DNA of 54,701 nt, the filler included, from Mitosporidium daphniae (taxonomy: Eukaryota), in the NCBI RefSeq assembly GCF_000760515.2. It is 2 parts of 2 records of this genome, joined end to end, with 100 filler letters (N's around TTAATTAATTAA, not from the genome) between each part and the next. Parts side by side here need not be neighbours in the genome. Positions count along the whole stretch, not along the records: positions 1 to 27,387 come from NW_013546161.1; positions 27,488 to 54,701 come from NW_013546160.1. One strand, written 5' to 3'. This document shows positions 22,397-34,600 of the stretch, in pieces. The notes under the pieces were generated by a model that searched no databases, was not told the origin of the DNA, and saw only the letters and a list, made by a program, of their open reading frames with translations. How positions within the stretch are numbered: the first letter of the stretch is position 1; each line of letters begins with the position of its first letter. Position numbers and translations under genes: made by a program.

Positions 22397-24734
22397 TTAG
22401 CGATGTTTTGCTATGTGCTCGGAAATCGAATTTCTCATCATCGAAATGGAGCCTTCAAAGTCCAAAAGGGGAAATGGGATAGAGGGAACAATTGATGAAC
22501 CAATCTTTAGGCATATCGATTGATCAATATACCAAATGCTAAAGAAATACGCAAATGTCAGCACGTACCTTAATAGGACTTCCTCGTTTCCTATTTGTAT
22601 GGGCTTTCCTGGACCTCTGAACGGAACTGAAAGCAGGGAAAGGATAATGGCAAGTCTAACGATTCTTTCGACAACTGTTGTCGGCGTTTCAAATCCAAGA
22701 TGATATTGCTTTGGAACGACCATGGATGTCCCAGTTACCTCCACTTGAGATGTTGAAAATTCTGGAAACACAAAGCTGAAATTCTCCTTCTTCATGTGGC
22801 TGTCTCGAGAATAGGACGACCGAATGGCAAGAAAATAGTTTTGCACGAGCTCCTTGGCCTCTTCTGCCCAATCAAACGAAACCTGGTGGATTCTGGACAA
22901 CAAGGAAGAAATGGGCATTAGCAAGGAAAAAAACTCGGAAACATCATAGGATTGATGATACAAGTCAAAAAGAGCATCATTGACCGCTCTCGTTGAGCTT
23001 GGATTGACATATTCTATTATCATGTCGAAAGAAGACAGAGCATTTACATACGAAGAGTCGGTTTTGGTATCAAGACTTTGGCGAGCTACATCGGTATGAG
23101 CCAACACAGAGCAGCAGCACTGTGGCGATACCAGATGGTCAAATTCAAACGGCAGCCTTTTGGACTTAAAAAGCGGGGAATGAATCCAGAAAATAGAATT
23201 TCGGGACAGTTGCATTGCTAAGGGCACTTCCGCGACATGGCTAGTCTTTCCAGAGCCGGCATCGATATATTTCTGCATCGATTGCACAATGCCAGCGTTT
23301 GATGCCTCCGTTGAAGACCAGGGGACATTCCACAAGTATTTTCTAAGCCTCATAATGATGTGCTTGATGAAATGGTCCTCCTGGTGGAAAATCAGCAAAT
23401 GCAGCGGCTTGCCGATCGAAGACGTCAGCGCGCTAACTACGCTAACGAAAAGGAAATAAATGGCATTTTCAAAAATACCTTATGATCAGCGCTAGCCTAA
23501 AATGTTGCGGAAAAAATGTGGTGCACAGTCCAAATGAGAATGAACCGGTCCACCGCAAAATGGCGTGTTGGAAACTCGGATTTTGTGGAGCAACTTTTGA
23601 ATTGCAAAAGTCGTGCAGTGAATAAAAGTATGGAAGCCTGTAGCATGAGGCAACAGGATGAATTTCAATTTCTGCCTTTAGGAAGGGGTAATTCGCTTCC
23701 TTGGCGCCAAATAAAAACGCCTCGTCACAAGCCTGCAATGCTGGGGTATTTTTGAAAATGCCATCTGAATATCCAAAAAGACACATCCAATTTCCAACCA
23801 GTAAAGACTCGGATTTTACGAGCTCCGTAGAAAAAATCAGCTTGGCAAGCGCAAAAACACCCGGGGTCTTTTCAACAAGCAACATTACAACATTGAAGGC
23901 CGAAATGATCCTGGCTGGGATTAGCTCTGTAAGCTGGCCAGAACAGCTTGGACAAAAGTTAGACAACAAAGAAGACCTTGGATCAATCCAAATAAGCCGA
24001 GTCGCAGTGTGATAGAAAGACTTGCACTTGGAATTGTGGCATTGAAAGCCCTGATGCAGCAATTGACCCTGTGGCGAGCTGATGGAAAGGATGACTCCCT
24101 GAAATTCGGATAATGAACGCGCCACGCTAACGCAAGGCGATAAGGAGCCATTGAGCGGCATCGGCATTTTCCCTTGCACTTTAAAATCGCCAAAAAGCTG
24201 CCGCATCGAAAATGTACACAGCATGCAGTTAAAAATAACTTGCTCCATGGAAAGCCAAGAGACGATTTCATTGAAACGGGGTTCCTCTCTATGCTGGGAC
24301 GACATAAGATTGAAAATATTGGTGTCCAATTCGTCCCAGTCATCAAATTCATGGCTATCCAAATTTGCATCAGCGTTAGGGTTAACGGTAGGAGAATTGA
24401 GAAATGGCTTGAAATCAAATAATTCGATTTTTCTATCTAGTATTCGCAAGATGGAATCTTTAAGAGCAACCTTGACGCTATCAAATCCAGCTTTAGACGC
24501 AAAAATCATGTTGGCAAACTTTGGAAACCATTTTGCAAAGCAAAACAAATTGATGGAAATCGAAATGTCAAACTTTGCATGCTGAACAAGTCTAGCTTTA
24601 GCCAAACTGTTACTTGTCGATTCACTAGGACCGCTGTGTTTTGCGAGATTGATAAGTTGCGAGATGGAAAAGTTAAAACAAGAGTCTATCGGTTCATGGT
24701 GATAACGGAGCAGATACGCCTCCAATGTTTGCAT
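22397..24734 (-). CDS. MCMDC2-like atypical MCM-domain protein (no recognisable Walker motifs)
   Basis: QGVILSIS...FQCHNSKC...FCPSCSGQL.E...RII (MCM zinc finger/OB fold), RLALI.S.V.....LHLLI and EEAKELV..YFLA.R; GKS and DEFDK motifs not seen. Confidence 0.65.
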
Positions 24735-24744
24735 TAATTAAAAA

Positions 24745-24816
24745 TACAGACAAAGGGACTCGAACCCTCAACCTTCTGATTCGAAGTCAGACGCGCTTCC
24801 ATTGCGCTATGCCTGT
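24745..24816 (-). tRNA. tRNA-Arg(TCG)
   Basis: ACAGGCA TA GCGC AATGGAA GCGC G TCTGA CTTCGAA TCAGA AGGTT GAGGG TTCGAGT CCCTT TGTCTGT A, followed by TTTTT. Confidence 0.9.
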
Positions 24817-24896
24817 GATTAGTGTAAACCTACATTATAATACAAGTTAAATTGTATATAATAACCACGAAATTCATTGCTGCCATTTTTACTAGC

Positions 24897-27315
24897 ATGC
24901 CTTTAAAAGAAAACGTCGCTAGAAATACCGATACCATCTTGTCCCCCACTCGTCTCAAACTTCCCTCAAAATCAATTAACACAGCATTGCTTGCTCCAAC
25001 ATCGTCGTCGATACCATCCCGCAGTTTACCTGTGCATTCAGATATTGATCGATCTCAAATTTTGTTGTCCCCTCAATTTAAGCATCTAAAATACAAGAAA
25101 GACTCGACATGCACTTCATCTTTCTCAAATTTGCTTCCTACAAATCAAATCCAAATTGGGATCAAAACCAATNACGTCTCCTCGCTGGCATCATTTGTAA
25201 ATCCAAATACAATCAAGGCAAAGCCGACGACGCCACATGTAGTTCCTCAACCACCTGCCCTTCTTTCTTCTAAAAATAAAAGAGCAAAATGGGATACAAA
25301 GGCATTTATTAATCTATTTACAAATAGGGGCTACTTGAAGATGCCATGGAGGATGTTAAAATGTACAAAAGAGAGTATTCGAAGCTGACCACTCAATATA
25401 AGGAGTCGATTGATAGACGTTTGTTTAGATTTTAATGCCGGTAGTGAATGAATTGGAATCAATAGCTTCGTCGTTAGAAAGTGCCGTTAAAGGAACCACT
25501 TCGGAAAAGCTAACTTTGAGAGAAAAATTGGAGCTAATGGAAAAATCGCTCACTGTAAAAGAGGATCCCTAACGCTTCTAGATGAATGAAAAAGAATATG
25601 GTGCACGCATTTCAAAGATAACAGCCGATTATGATGAAAGGCTATCATCTGCAAAGGAAACGAACTTCAATTTATCAAGGTCATTGGAACTTTCGCGGAA
25701 AGAGCTAGAAATGTGTAATTCTGAAATTGCCAAGCTCAATGCCACCATTGAAGCGCAAAAGTCGACTCTTTCCATCTTTGAGGGTGCAAAACTCTCGCTC
25801 GATCGCATTATATCTGTACGCTTCCATATTTATTCACATTTTAGGAGTACCAGAGAAAGGAAAAAGATTCCGAGTCCACGATTTCTCAGCTTAGTCAAGA
25901 AGTTGCCGCATTGAGGAAACTGGCCGAGGAATTAAAGACAGATGCAATAGAGGGGGAAAAACTAAGGAAGCGGCTTCATAATGAGGTGCAGGTACCATGA
26001 CATTGCTCTCATTTTGAGGAATTAAAAGGAAACATCCGTGTATTTTGCCGTGTCCGGCCTCCTTTGCCCAGTATTTGTTTTCTTTTAAACATAGCTTCTG
26101 ATGGTGTTGAGGAGTCCGCTTTACGTCCATGTGAGCAAGAGGTTGGAAACACTCAAATATCCTTCTCCTCGGATCCCCTGTCTAGAACGGAAGGAATTGA
26201 GCTTTCACAATGGATGGTATTTCGCTTTTTTTATGGTAGGATTCAACGTCGGGATGTGTAAAGCCACAATTGAAAAGCTACCCGTTTACTTTTGATCGTG
26301 TATTTAGCCCTACCTCAACGCAGGCTGATGTATTTGAAGATATTTCGCAGCTTGTTCAAAGCGTTCTAGACGGATATAGGGTCTGTATTTTCGCCTATGG
26401 ACAGACAGGGTCTGGAAAGACCTATACAATGGAAGGCCCTTCTGGCAAGCATGACCCTTCCTTTTCTGGAATGATTCCAAGAGCAGTTGCTCAGATTTTT
26501 GAAACATCCCATAATTTGGGGGTTAAAAATGGATGGAAATTCCAGTTGGAAGCCTCTTTTTTGGAAATTTATAACGAAACTATCAAAGATCTGTTGGCGA
26601 CTCCTAAAAGCATTGCTGGCTGTGTTGAAGAGCTAAAGAAGCTCGAGATTAAGCATAACCCCACAACAGGCAAGACATCTGTTTCGGAGCTAACAATCGG
26701 TACGATTGGGGCAAATATTTTACCGGCTTTAGTTCCTGTAACTTCGATTTCACAAGTTAATCGGCTTTTGAAAGAGGCATCGGAAAATCGGTCGATTGGA
26801 GAAACCAGGTGCAATGAAAGATCCTCACGAAGCCACAGGTATTTTTTGCGGTTTTATTGAAGCGTATTTACTCTGTCTGTGGCTGGGGAAAACCCAGATA
26901 CCGGTGAAAAGATTGAGGGGCTGCTAAATCTGATCGATTTGGCCGGATCTGAAAGATTGTCCTCGTCGGGGGCAACTGGAGACCGGCTCAAAGAGACCCA
27001 AGCTATCAATAAGAGTCTCTCTGCCCTTGGTGACGTGATCATGGCACTTGGTAGGGCGAGCTTTTTTATCATGTAGCAAATAAGGAATCTCATATTCCGT
27101 ATAGAAATTCCAAATTGACCTATCTATTGCAAAACTCGTTAGGAGGAAATTCCAAGACCCTGATGTTTGTAAACCTCTCTCCTTCAAAGGAATCGTTCGG
27201 CGAGAGTCTCTGTTCACTTCGATTTGCAGCAAAGGTACTAGCTTTTGAAACTTGTAACATTATGTAGGTAAATTCTTGCCATATCGGGACCGCAAGAAAG
27301 AATTTGGCGAAATAA
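24897..27315 (+). CDS. KAR3: Kinesin-14 (Kar3/HSET-like, C-terminal motor)
   Basis: Coiled coil, [54 protein letters not shown] and LRFAAKVN. Confidence 0.93.
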
Positions 27316-27333
27316 AAAATTGCCAAAGTTGTA

Positions 27334-27387
27334 ACCAAACTGCTAGCTGTAGCCAAATTGCTAGCTGTAGCCAAATTGCTAGCTGTA
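27334..27387. repeat. 18-nt tandem repeat (gccaaattgctagctgta)n running into the assembly gap
   Basis: About 3 copies visible immediately before the Ns. Confidence 0.8.
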
Positions 27388-27487
27388 NNNNNNNNNNNNN
27401 NNNNNNNNNNNNNNNNNNNNNNNNNNNNNNNTTAATTAATTAANNNNNNNNNNNNNNNNNNNNNNNNNNNNNNNNNNNNNNNNNNNN
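27388..27487. other. Assembly gap containing an artificial TTAATTAATTAA six-frame stop linker
   Basis: N-run, then TTAATTAATTAA at 27432-27443, then N-run. Confidence 0.85.
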
Positions 27488-28380
27488 GGGATTCCATATT
27501 TTGATCCAAATTTCCTCAATAAAAGGATATTTGAATTCCTCCAATGCCTCCAATAGCTTTTTAAAAGCAGCTGCGTCACTAAATTCGGAAAGAACCCCCG
27601 GTAAATCGGACAGATAATAGTGATTTGTATTCAAATTGTTTAGAAACATATCGAAAATATGGAATCCCCTGTCATTCGGATTTTTCTTATTGCAATTCCT
27701 GATCTCCAAGACGCGAGATCGTTCCAGCAAAAAATGCTCGATTTTCGCTGCCTTTATGGACGATTCAAAGTAGATGATTTGGATGAACTTTCCAAATCTC
27801 GACGAATTGTGGTTATTTTGCGTCTTAGCATTTCCAAACGCCTGTAGCACTATTTCGGAAAGCGAAATCTAAGGCAGTTTGTAAACTTTAAAATTACCAG
27901 TCTTAGGATCTTCGGATCTGGATCGCTGGAAAAGCGAACAAGGTAATTTAAAATGTGATGACATGTTCGTGTTTTTCCCGATCCTGACTCGCCAGATATT
28001 ATAATCGACTGTGGATGGTTTTTTTCGGTCAGTGCCGAGAACGCTCTATGTGCCACATTATAAATGTGAGCATCATCTCGCGTTGGAGATGCTCTAATTT
28101 TTTCAATTTTTTGATCCCCATATAAGAGGGCTTCGTATTTGTCGCTAAATGGGTTGATGGCGATCAGAATGTCCCCAATAAATGTGTATATGTTTCCCTC
28201 TAAAAATCTGGTTCGAATCGTACTAAGAACTAACGGTGTTTACAAAAACATTTAACCTTCCCGACTATCTATGCGTGCAAAGGCCAAAAGATTGCTGACC
28301 AGCGAGTGACTTTGGCAAAGCTCCTTATCATTTGTTTCTCCATCCTTATTTCCCTCGCTTAAGAAAAGAACGGAAGGCAT
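27488..28380 (-). CDS. Myosin motor domain, 5' part (cut by the gap)
   Basis: IYTFIGDILIAINPF, HIYNVAHRAF, QSIIISGESGSGKT, AFGNAKT..N.NSSRFGKFI, LLERSRV and FHIF motifs. Confidence 0.9.
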
Positions 28381-28471
28381 AAGGCCAAATTTGAACAAAC
28401 TGATAAAAAGAATCCATAACAGTGATCTTGCAATTAAGAGTTGAAGAATGGCATAGATGGCGCCCAATCCA

Positions 28472-28505
28472 AACCCTAACCCTCGCGCAATTTAGGGTTA
28501 GGGTT
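28472..28505. repeat. Inverted telomere-like repeat (12-bp arms) in the myosin/VPS13 divergent intergenic region
   Basis: AACCCTAACCCT-cgcgcaattt-AGGGTTAGGGTT. Confidence 0.75.
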
Positions 28506-28668
28506 GAGCCCGGCTACAATATGTCCCAGCAACAACATTGCAAAGGCGATTGGGTGGTAGGTAATTTTTTGAGATATTTTGTACTTGGAAATTGCATAGA
28601 TTTTAGTAAAAATCTTTTTAAAAACTTCAATCTAATTAATCAGCAGCCTTCTGTACTTTTCGGACCAT

Positions 28669-31600
28669 ATGTTCGAATCATTCTTTATCAATTTGTTCCA
28701 AAGATCTTTTGGGGTCTACTTTGTCAACTTGGAAAATACCAATTTTAAAGTAGGCATATGGAACGGAGATGTCAGTATTTCTAATCTCGTTATCAATTCT
28801 CAGGCTTTTTCGGGCTCAATATCATCATTGCTCCTGACTACTGGTTTGAACTTTTCTTAATGCTAGGATCCATTTCTGAAATTTCAATCAAGGTCCCATG
28901 GTATAGCCCATTCAAGCAGCCAGTTAATGTATTTGTTGATGGTCTTGCATTACACTTTAAGCTAAAGGTATTCTTTGAACTTGATCCTCTAGGACGACTA
29001 CATGGTTATGTCTGACCTCAAAAAGGAAATTTTTCTCTTCTTCCATAAACACTTTCAGGCAGAAGCGGAAGCTACCGGTAACTCTTATGTAAAGTCCCTC
29101 AAATCCAAAATCCTTGATTCTTGCAATTTGTTCATAAAAAATGCGCAAGTTGTTGTTGAGAGAAATTCCCGCAAATTTGCATTCAAAATATCTTCATTGT
29201 CTATTTTATCGATTAGCGATGCACTGGAGGCCCCGGCTGGAGAGCCGATTGAAACACCAGCAAGGGATTCTATTGATATTTCTACTGGAAGCCCGGTGGA
29301 GATCTCCAGTTTGGATGCGGTTGATGTTTGTACTGGAAAGCCTGTCGAGATTTCCACTTTGCACGCGGTTGAAGTTTCGCCTCCTGTTAACGTTGGGCCG
29401 AAATCCACTTTGCGGATCCTTTCAATTGAAAGCTTTACTTGCTCGTTCAATGCTGGAAATCTCGATGCCGAAATGGCAACCTTTGTTGATGCTTCTGTTT
29501 TAAGTGTTAAAGTCACACCCAAAAGTGCAGGCGAAGATTCGAAAATCTCTGTGGACCTGCTTATGGATTCTATCTCAATTGAGCTGAGTCTAGAGCTTGT
29601 CCAGGCGTATCAAAGTATTTTGAAAGACTCTCAAAATCAAACCACCAGCCTCAAATCGCTGGCAAAAGTAGTATTGCAGAAAAACAGGGCGCGTTCCTTT
29701 GTTTGGAGCTGTATGGAAGCTTTTTGTGCCGACCGAAAATCCTATGTATGCCACTATAATAGCAAGGTATTGTAATGAGGTGTATTTATGCATCCTAGCC
29801 GTCAATAGAGTCTCTTCAAATACTAAATTCAATTGAGAAGAAGTATGACGTCCAGGATATCTTGCTTTTCAGGGATATTGCCAAGTCCGTTCAGAAAAAG
29901 AAAGGGCTCTCTTCATTAGCATTGAGGTTCCCAATGTTTTCCTCGAAAAAATCCGCAAATATGCATGCAAATGCTTCTCCTTGTGGAAATCAGGCAATCT
30001 CAAAAACAGTAAGCTTGCTCCCATCTGATTTTAGACAATGATACTTGCAACGTCAAAGATAGAAAAATTGTCCCTTTCTTTACTTGTTATCAGTGGTGGC
30101 GCGACAGCAAATTTTACCTTTGAATTGGGCTCGCTATTTTTAACCACTGAATTTACATCCAACTGGTCTCAATTATCAGGTACGGGGCAATTTGGAAATG
30201 TTTCTTTTGCGTATCAATTGCCAGATAAGGAAGAAAAATTTCTTTTTCAAAACGACGAAAATTTGGACTATTCATCGGATGCTGGGGAGGGATTTATTTG
30301 TAAAAACGTTGTCGAATATGGCCCCAATGATGGCTTGACGCTCAATATTGCTCCCATTTCGCTGAAATTAAACATGAGTACCATCACGCTCTTGCAATCT
30401 GCATGCGATGCCTTTTTCTCTTCATTTCCTGTCGCCATGCATGCTGCACATAGTAGTAATGATCTGAAATGGGCTGTTTCTTTGCAAAAAGTTGATATCG
30501 CTTTGGCTTTATTTGGGGATGCGGAGAGTTTGATGTTTTCCATTGTTGACATCGAGTTCGCTTGTCCTGAAGGGAATTTTCTAGAGCTATCTTTATACTC
30601 GATTTGCTCATCATTCCAAAATTCAGCAAATGGCCTGCATACGATTCCGCTCTTGGAAATCTCAAATTTCAGCGGTAAATTTATGGACCACATTGCGGAT
30701 GTTTATATTTCGAGGATAGCTTTAGGCTTATATGACTATCCCGTTTGGCTGCTAAGAAAGTCGTTCGCCTACTTTGAGTCTTCGTCAAGCGAACCGGTAA
30801 ATTTTAGCCTGGTTTTGAATGTTGATCAATTTAAAGGCGAGCTCTTTTATTCGTCAAAATGCACGGAGTCACCGTGGAATGTTTTTGAGGGTGGAAATCG
30901 TGCATCGACGCTTTGTTTTTCGTTTGACAAGCTGTGCGAACTTGAAGCATCGTCTGTCATCGTCAACTTATCAACAACGTCAAAAGAGTATCTGAAGATA
31001 ACTTTTAATGAGCTCTTTGAACTGACCCCTTTACGAAATGAGCTGCTTTTTATTGAAGCCAAGCAACCTCCGGAGGCATTTAAGAATTACTTTACACCCT
31101 GCTACATTCCCAATCCAGACAATGTTGAAAACAGCTCCTTTTTCCGGTTTGTACGAAAATCATCACCAATGGAAGTGATTTTCAAGCAATCCGATATGTA
31201 CTCCCTTTTTTTGCAAGCATTTGTTGTCGACATTGATTCAAGCTTTTGCCCAGAGTTTATTGTTAACTTCCATGCGTATTTTAGTCGCCTTTTTGTGTTC
31301 AATCTGTTTGCCCCTGTGCCGTGTTCGTCGTTTTTTTGCTTTCCCGTCAATCCTCAAAGAAACAGCAAATTCCGCATGCTGCTTTCAGTTAAAAATTCGT
31401 GCTGCAAGCTGTTCCACGTGCCTTCTGCATATCAGCGCTTGTTTATTGAACAGGGAGATGTAACCATTGACTATGAACGGGAAATTGATTCCATATTGTC
31501 GAAAAAGAACATCGAGGTCGTTTTGAATACCAACTCGTGCGTCAAAAACGCATCGGATGAGACACTCTTTTCGTGGGGGAAACCTTTGCATGTGCAGTAT

Positions 31601-34600
31601 GTTTCTCCAAAATCGGTGCACAGCACAAAATCCTACGTGCAGGAGCTTGCAATTTGGTGTGCAAACATTTTCTTATATCTTTCGGAGACCGACTTGCGCG
31701 ATCTTGTGCTGTTTAAAGAAAAGATTCTTCATTTTTTGGATATCTTTTTTTTCCAAATCGACTGCTATTTGGACTTACCATCGCCTTGCCACACCATGAC
31801 CAGCTCGTTGACTTTAACGCTGGCTGATGAAAACGAGCTGGTGCTGCCATCGACGGTGTTCGAAAACTCCTATCCATTTGAGTTTTCCATTTGCCCGTAT
31901 AATGGCATTTCCGTTATTTTCAGCACATTCCAGTTTAAATCGTCATCGAACCTGTCAACTGTGGAAATCCTTTCAGAAGAGCCATCTTGTTCATCGCTGA
32001 AAGTGAACATCAATGACATCAAGGGCATGGATGAGTCGTTCATATCCAGACCGTTCACCATTGATATCTTGTTGAACAATGCCAAGTCGACCATCGATAT
32101 TTACGAGTGTCTGTCTTTCAGATTCCATGGTGCAAAGGCCAAATCAATCACCTTTTTGCTGTGCTTTCTGATGGAGTTTGTCCAGTCAATTCCATTGATC
32201 TTGGAGGGCGTACCTTGCAAAAAGGCAACCGAATTCGTTTTGCTTTTCAATGCGAAAAAGATTGTCGCTGAAATTGGTGCTGCAAATTGTGAATCAATCT
32301 CACTGAGCATGCTAAATTGCTTGGCCCAAGCATTCAGCTCTGGCGGCAACAAAATGGACATTTTTTACTTTTTTGCAGGGTATTCGTTGAAATACAAGAA
32401 CTATTGCATATCGGATGAAGACGTCATCGTGCCGAGCTTAATCGATAAAAGTCTGCTGGTTTTTGACCCATGCATTCTTGCAAACTTGGTGGACGGAAAT
32501 ACGCAAATATATTGTCCCAAAGCCCTGTCGCTTTATACGGCATCGCCTTTTCGAGGCCAGTTTTCGAGCGAAAAGACTTCCACGAACGAGGGCAGCTCCT
32601 TCTGCATGGAGAGCGTGCAAAAATTGAACTTTTTCGTCCCATTTGTTTGCAAAATTTACGATGCTTCTGTTCTGCACCAGGCGTTCAATTTTATTTTCAG
32701 TTCTATTCCCAAGAAGGACCTTGAGGCTATTATTGATCCCAAATCGTCTTTGTTGGTTTCAACGCGCTTATCGAGCATCGATGACATCACGCTTTGCTCG
32801 CAGGTTTCGGTTGGCTTTTTGCAAGGGATTTACATCTTTTTACCCTTTGATTTCGATGCAGGCTCTTTCTATCTTTTCTGTACACACATGCGGTTCGCAA
32901 GCAACGCAAAATTTTTTGCCACGCCAAATGAAGAGAAAGAATACTTTCGCTGGAATGTAGCCGTGTCCAATCTTTGCTTCAGCGTCGATCCGTCCATCAT
33001 CATTAGCGATGGAGGGGGGGCTCTGATCAGCGATTCCTATTTGTTCCCATCTTTGCCAAAAGATTCAAACAGGCAGATTGTCACTCCGGTTTACTTGAAT
33101 GTTTCCTTGGATGGCAAGCGAAAACATCCATCGCTCTCCGAAATATGGTCCAAAATCGAGGTATCAAAAGTGTGTGTAAACATCACGTCCAATGACATTT
33201 TGCTGCTTTGGAACCTTTCGTCCACGCTTTGTGCAAAAATAAAAACCGGCAATTGGATGATCCCATCAAGAGGCAGCGTTCCTCCAATCGAGCTGGTCAA
33301 CCAGATCTCTTTGGCTATTGCCGGGGTCGAGATTCTGGTGATTTTCGAGGACTATGCATTTACTGGCGAAAAGGAGATGCAACTCTCGTGTGCAAAGTCG
33401 GCCCACAAATCGACCCCACCGTCTCTTTCTTATTCTTGCCCGTTTTTGAAAGTTGTCATTCCAAAACTGGCCTTGGAAGATGCATATTTCAAGGTTGAGA
33501 ACATCCGGTTTTCAGAGGACGAGGAGGAAGAGCCGGAGCCCTTTGATCCGGATCTGAACGTTGAAGATGATTCCAATTCGATCCGCTTTGATGATGATGC
33601 AAACTCTTCGTATTCCGAATTTTTCTCTGACATTTCGGACGAACTTTGCAACCTTTTCGTCGTATTCACGATGGAGGTAAAAGTCGATTATTTCAACTCT
33701 GATAACTCCACATGGGAGCCTCTGATCGAGACATGGCAGTTTACTGCCACCATCGATCGCAAGTGGTTGCGGGCGCTCAATATGACCACGTCTACAGAGG
33801 TCACCATCTCATCGATGCACAATCTCGAGTTCTGTGTTTCGCAAGTCTTTTTGAAGTATGCCGCGCTGTATTTGCGCAGAATTTTCTCTCTCTGTAAGGA
33901 CCTCGATTCGGTGGCTACAAACAGCAAAGGCCAGAGTGCTTGTTCTGCCCATGGGCAGAACTTGACATTCTTGGTGCGAAATGAAACGGGCGTTGATCTC
34001 ATGTTGTGGTCCAGCGATGGAGTGACGCCGACAGATAGCACATCTGGAGAGACAACTCCGACTGCCGTTGAAACCACGGAAATCTGTGATCGATTACAAT
34101 CAGGCGAATCGCTGTATTGGAGATTTTCATCCTCGCGCGATCCCATCTTGAATGTGCATCTGCTGGAGGATCGGTTTCCGTTTGAATCGATAAGGAACAT
34201 CCCTGTTAACAAGTATCTATCGTCACTGTTTTTGTTGCGGCCGAGCATGGATGGCATCAAGCATTTTATTGTTGCCGAGGTTTCAAGCTATAACCTGGCA
34301 TCGGCGGCCCGGATGGCAGGGCAACCTGCAACATCGGCGGCTTGGCCCTCAAAATTTAGCGCCTCATCCACGCTTCCAGTGTCAAGCCTGGGCTCGACTT
34401 TTGATCCACATTGTGCTTCGTTCGCCCTGCATGATCCCATTACATATGCAAAGCGCATCGATATCAGCTCTGCACTACAGCTGCAAAATCACACAGATAT
34501 CGTCTTCGAGGTGATGTTTTTCATCCCAGATCGGCTGTTTCAGAGCCGCGAGTTGGCTTCGTTTCTGATTCCACAGATTTATGTTCTCGAGTGTTGGCCA

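Noticed and set aside
27432..27443. Biological palindrome TTAATTAATTAA
   Set aside because: It is flanked by Ns and is a standard artificial scaffold linker
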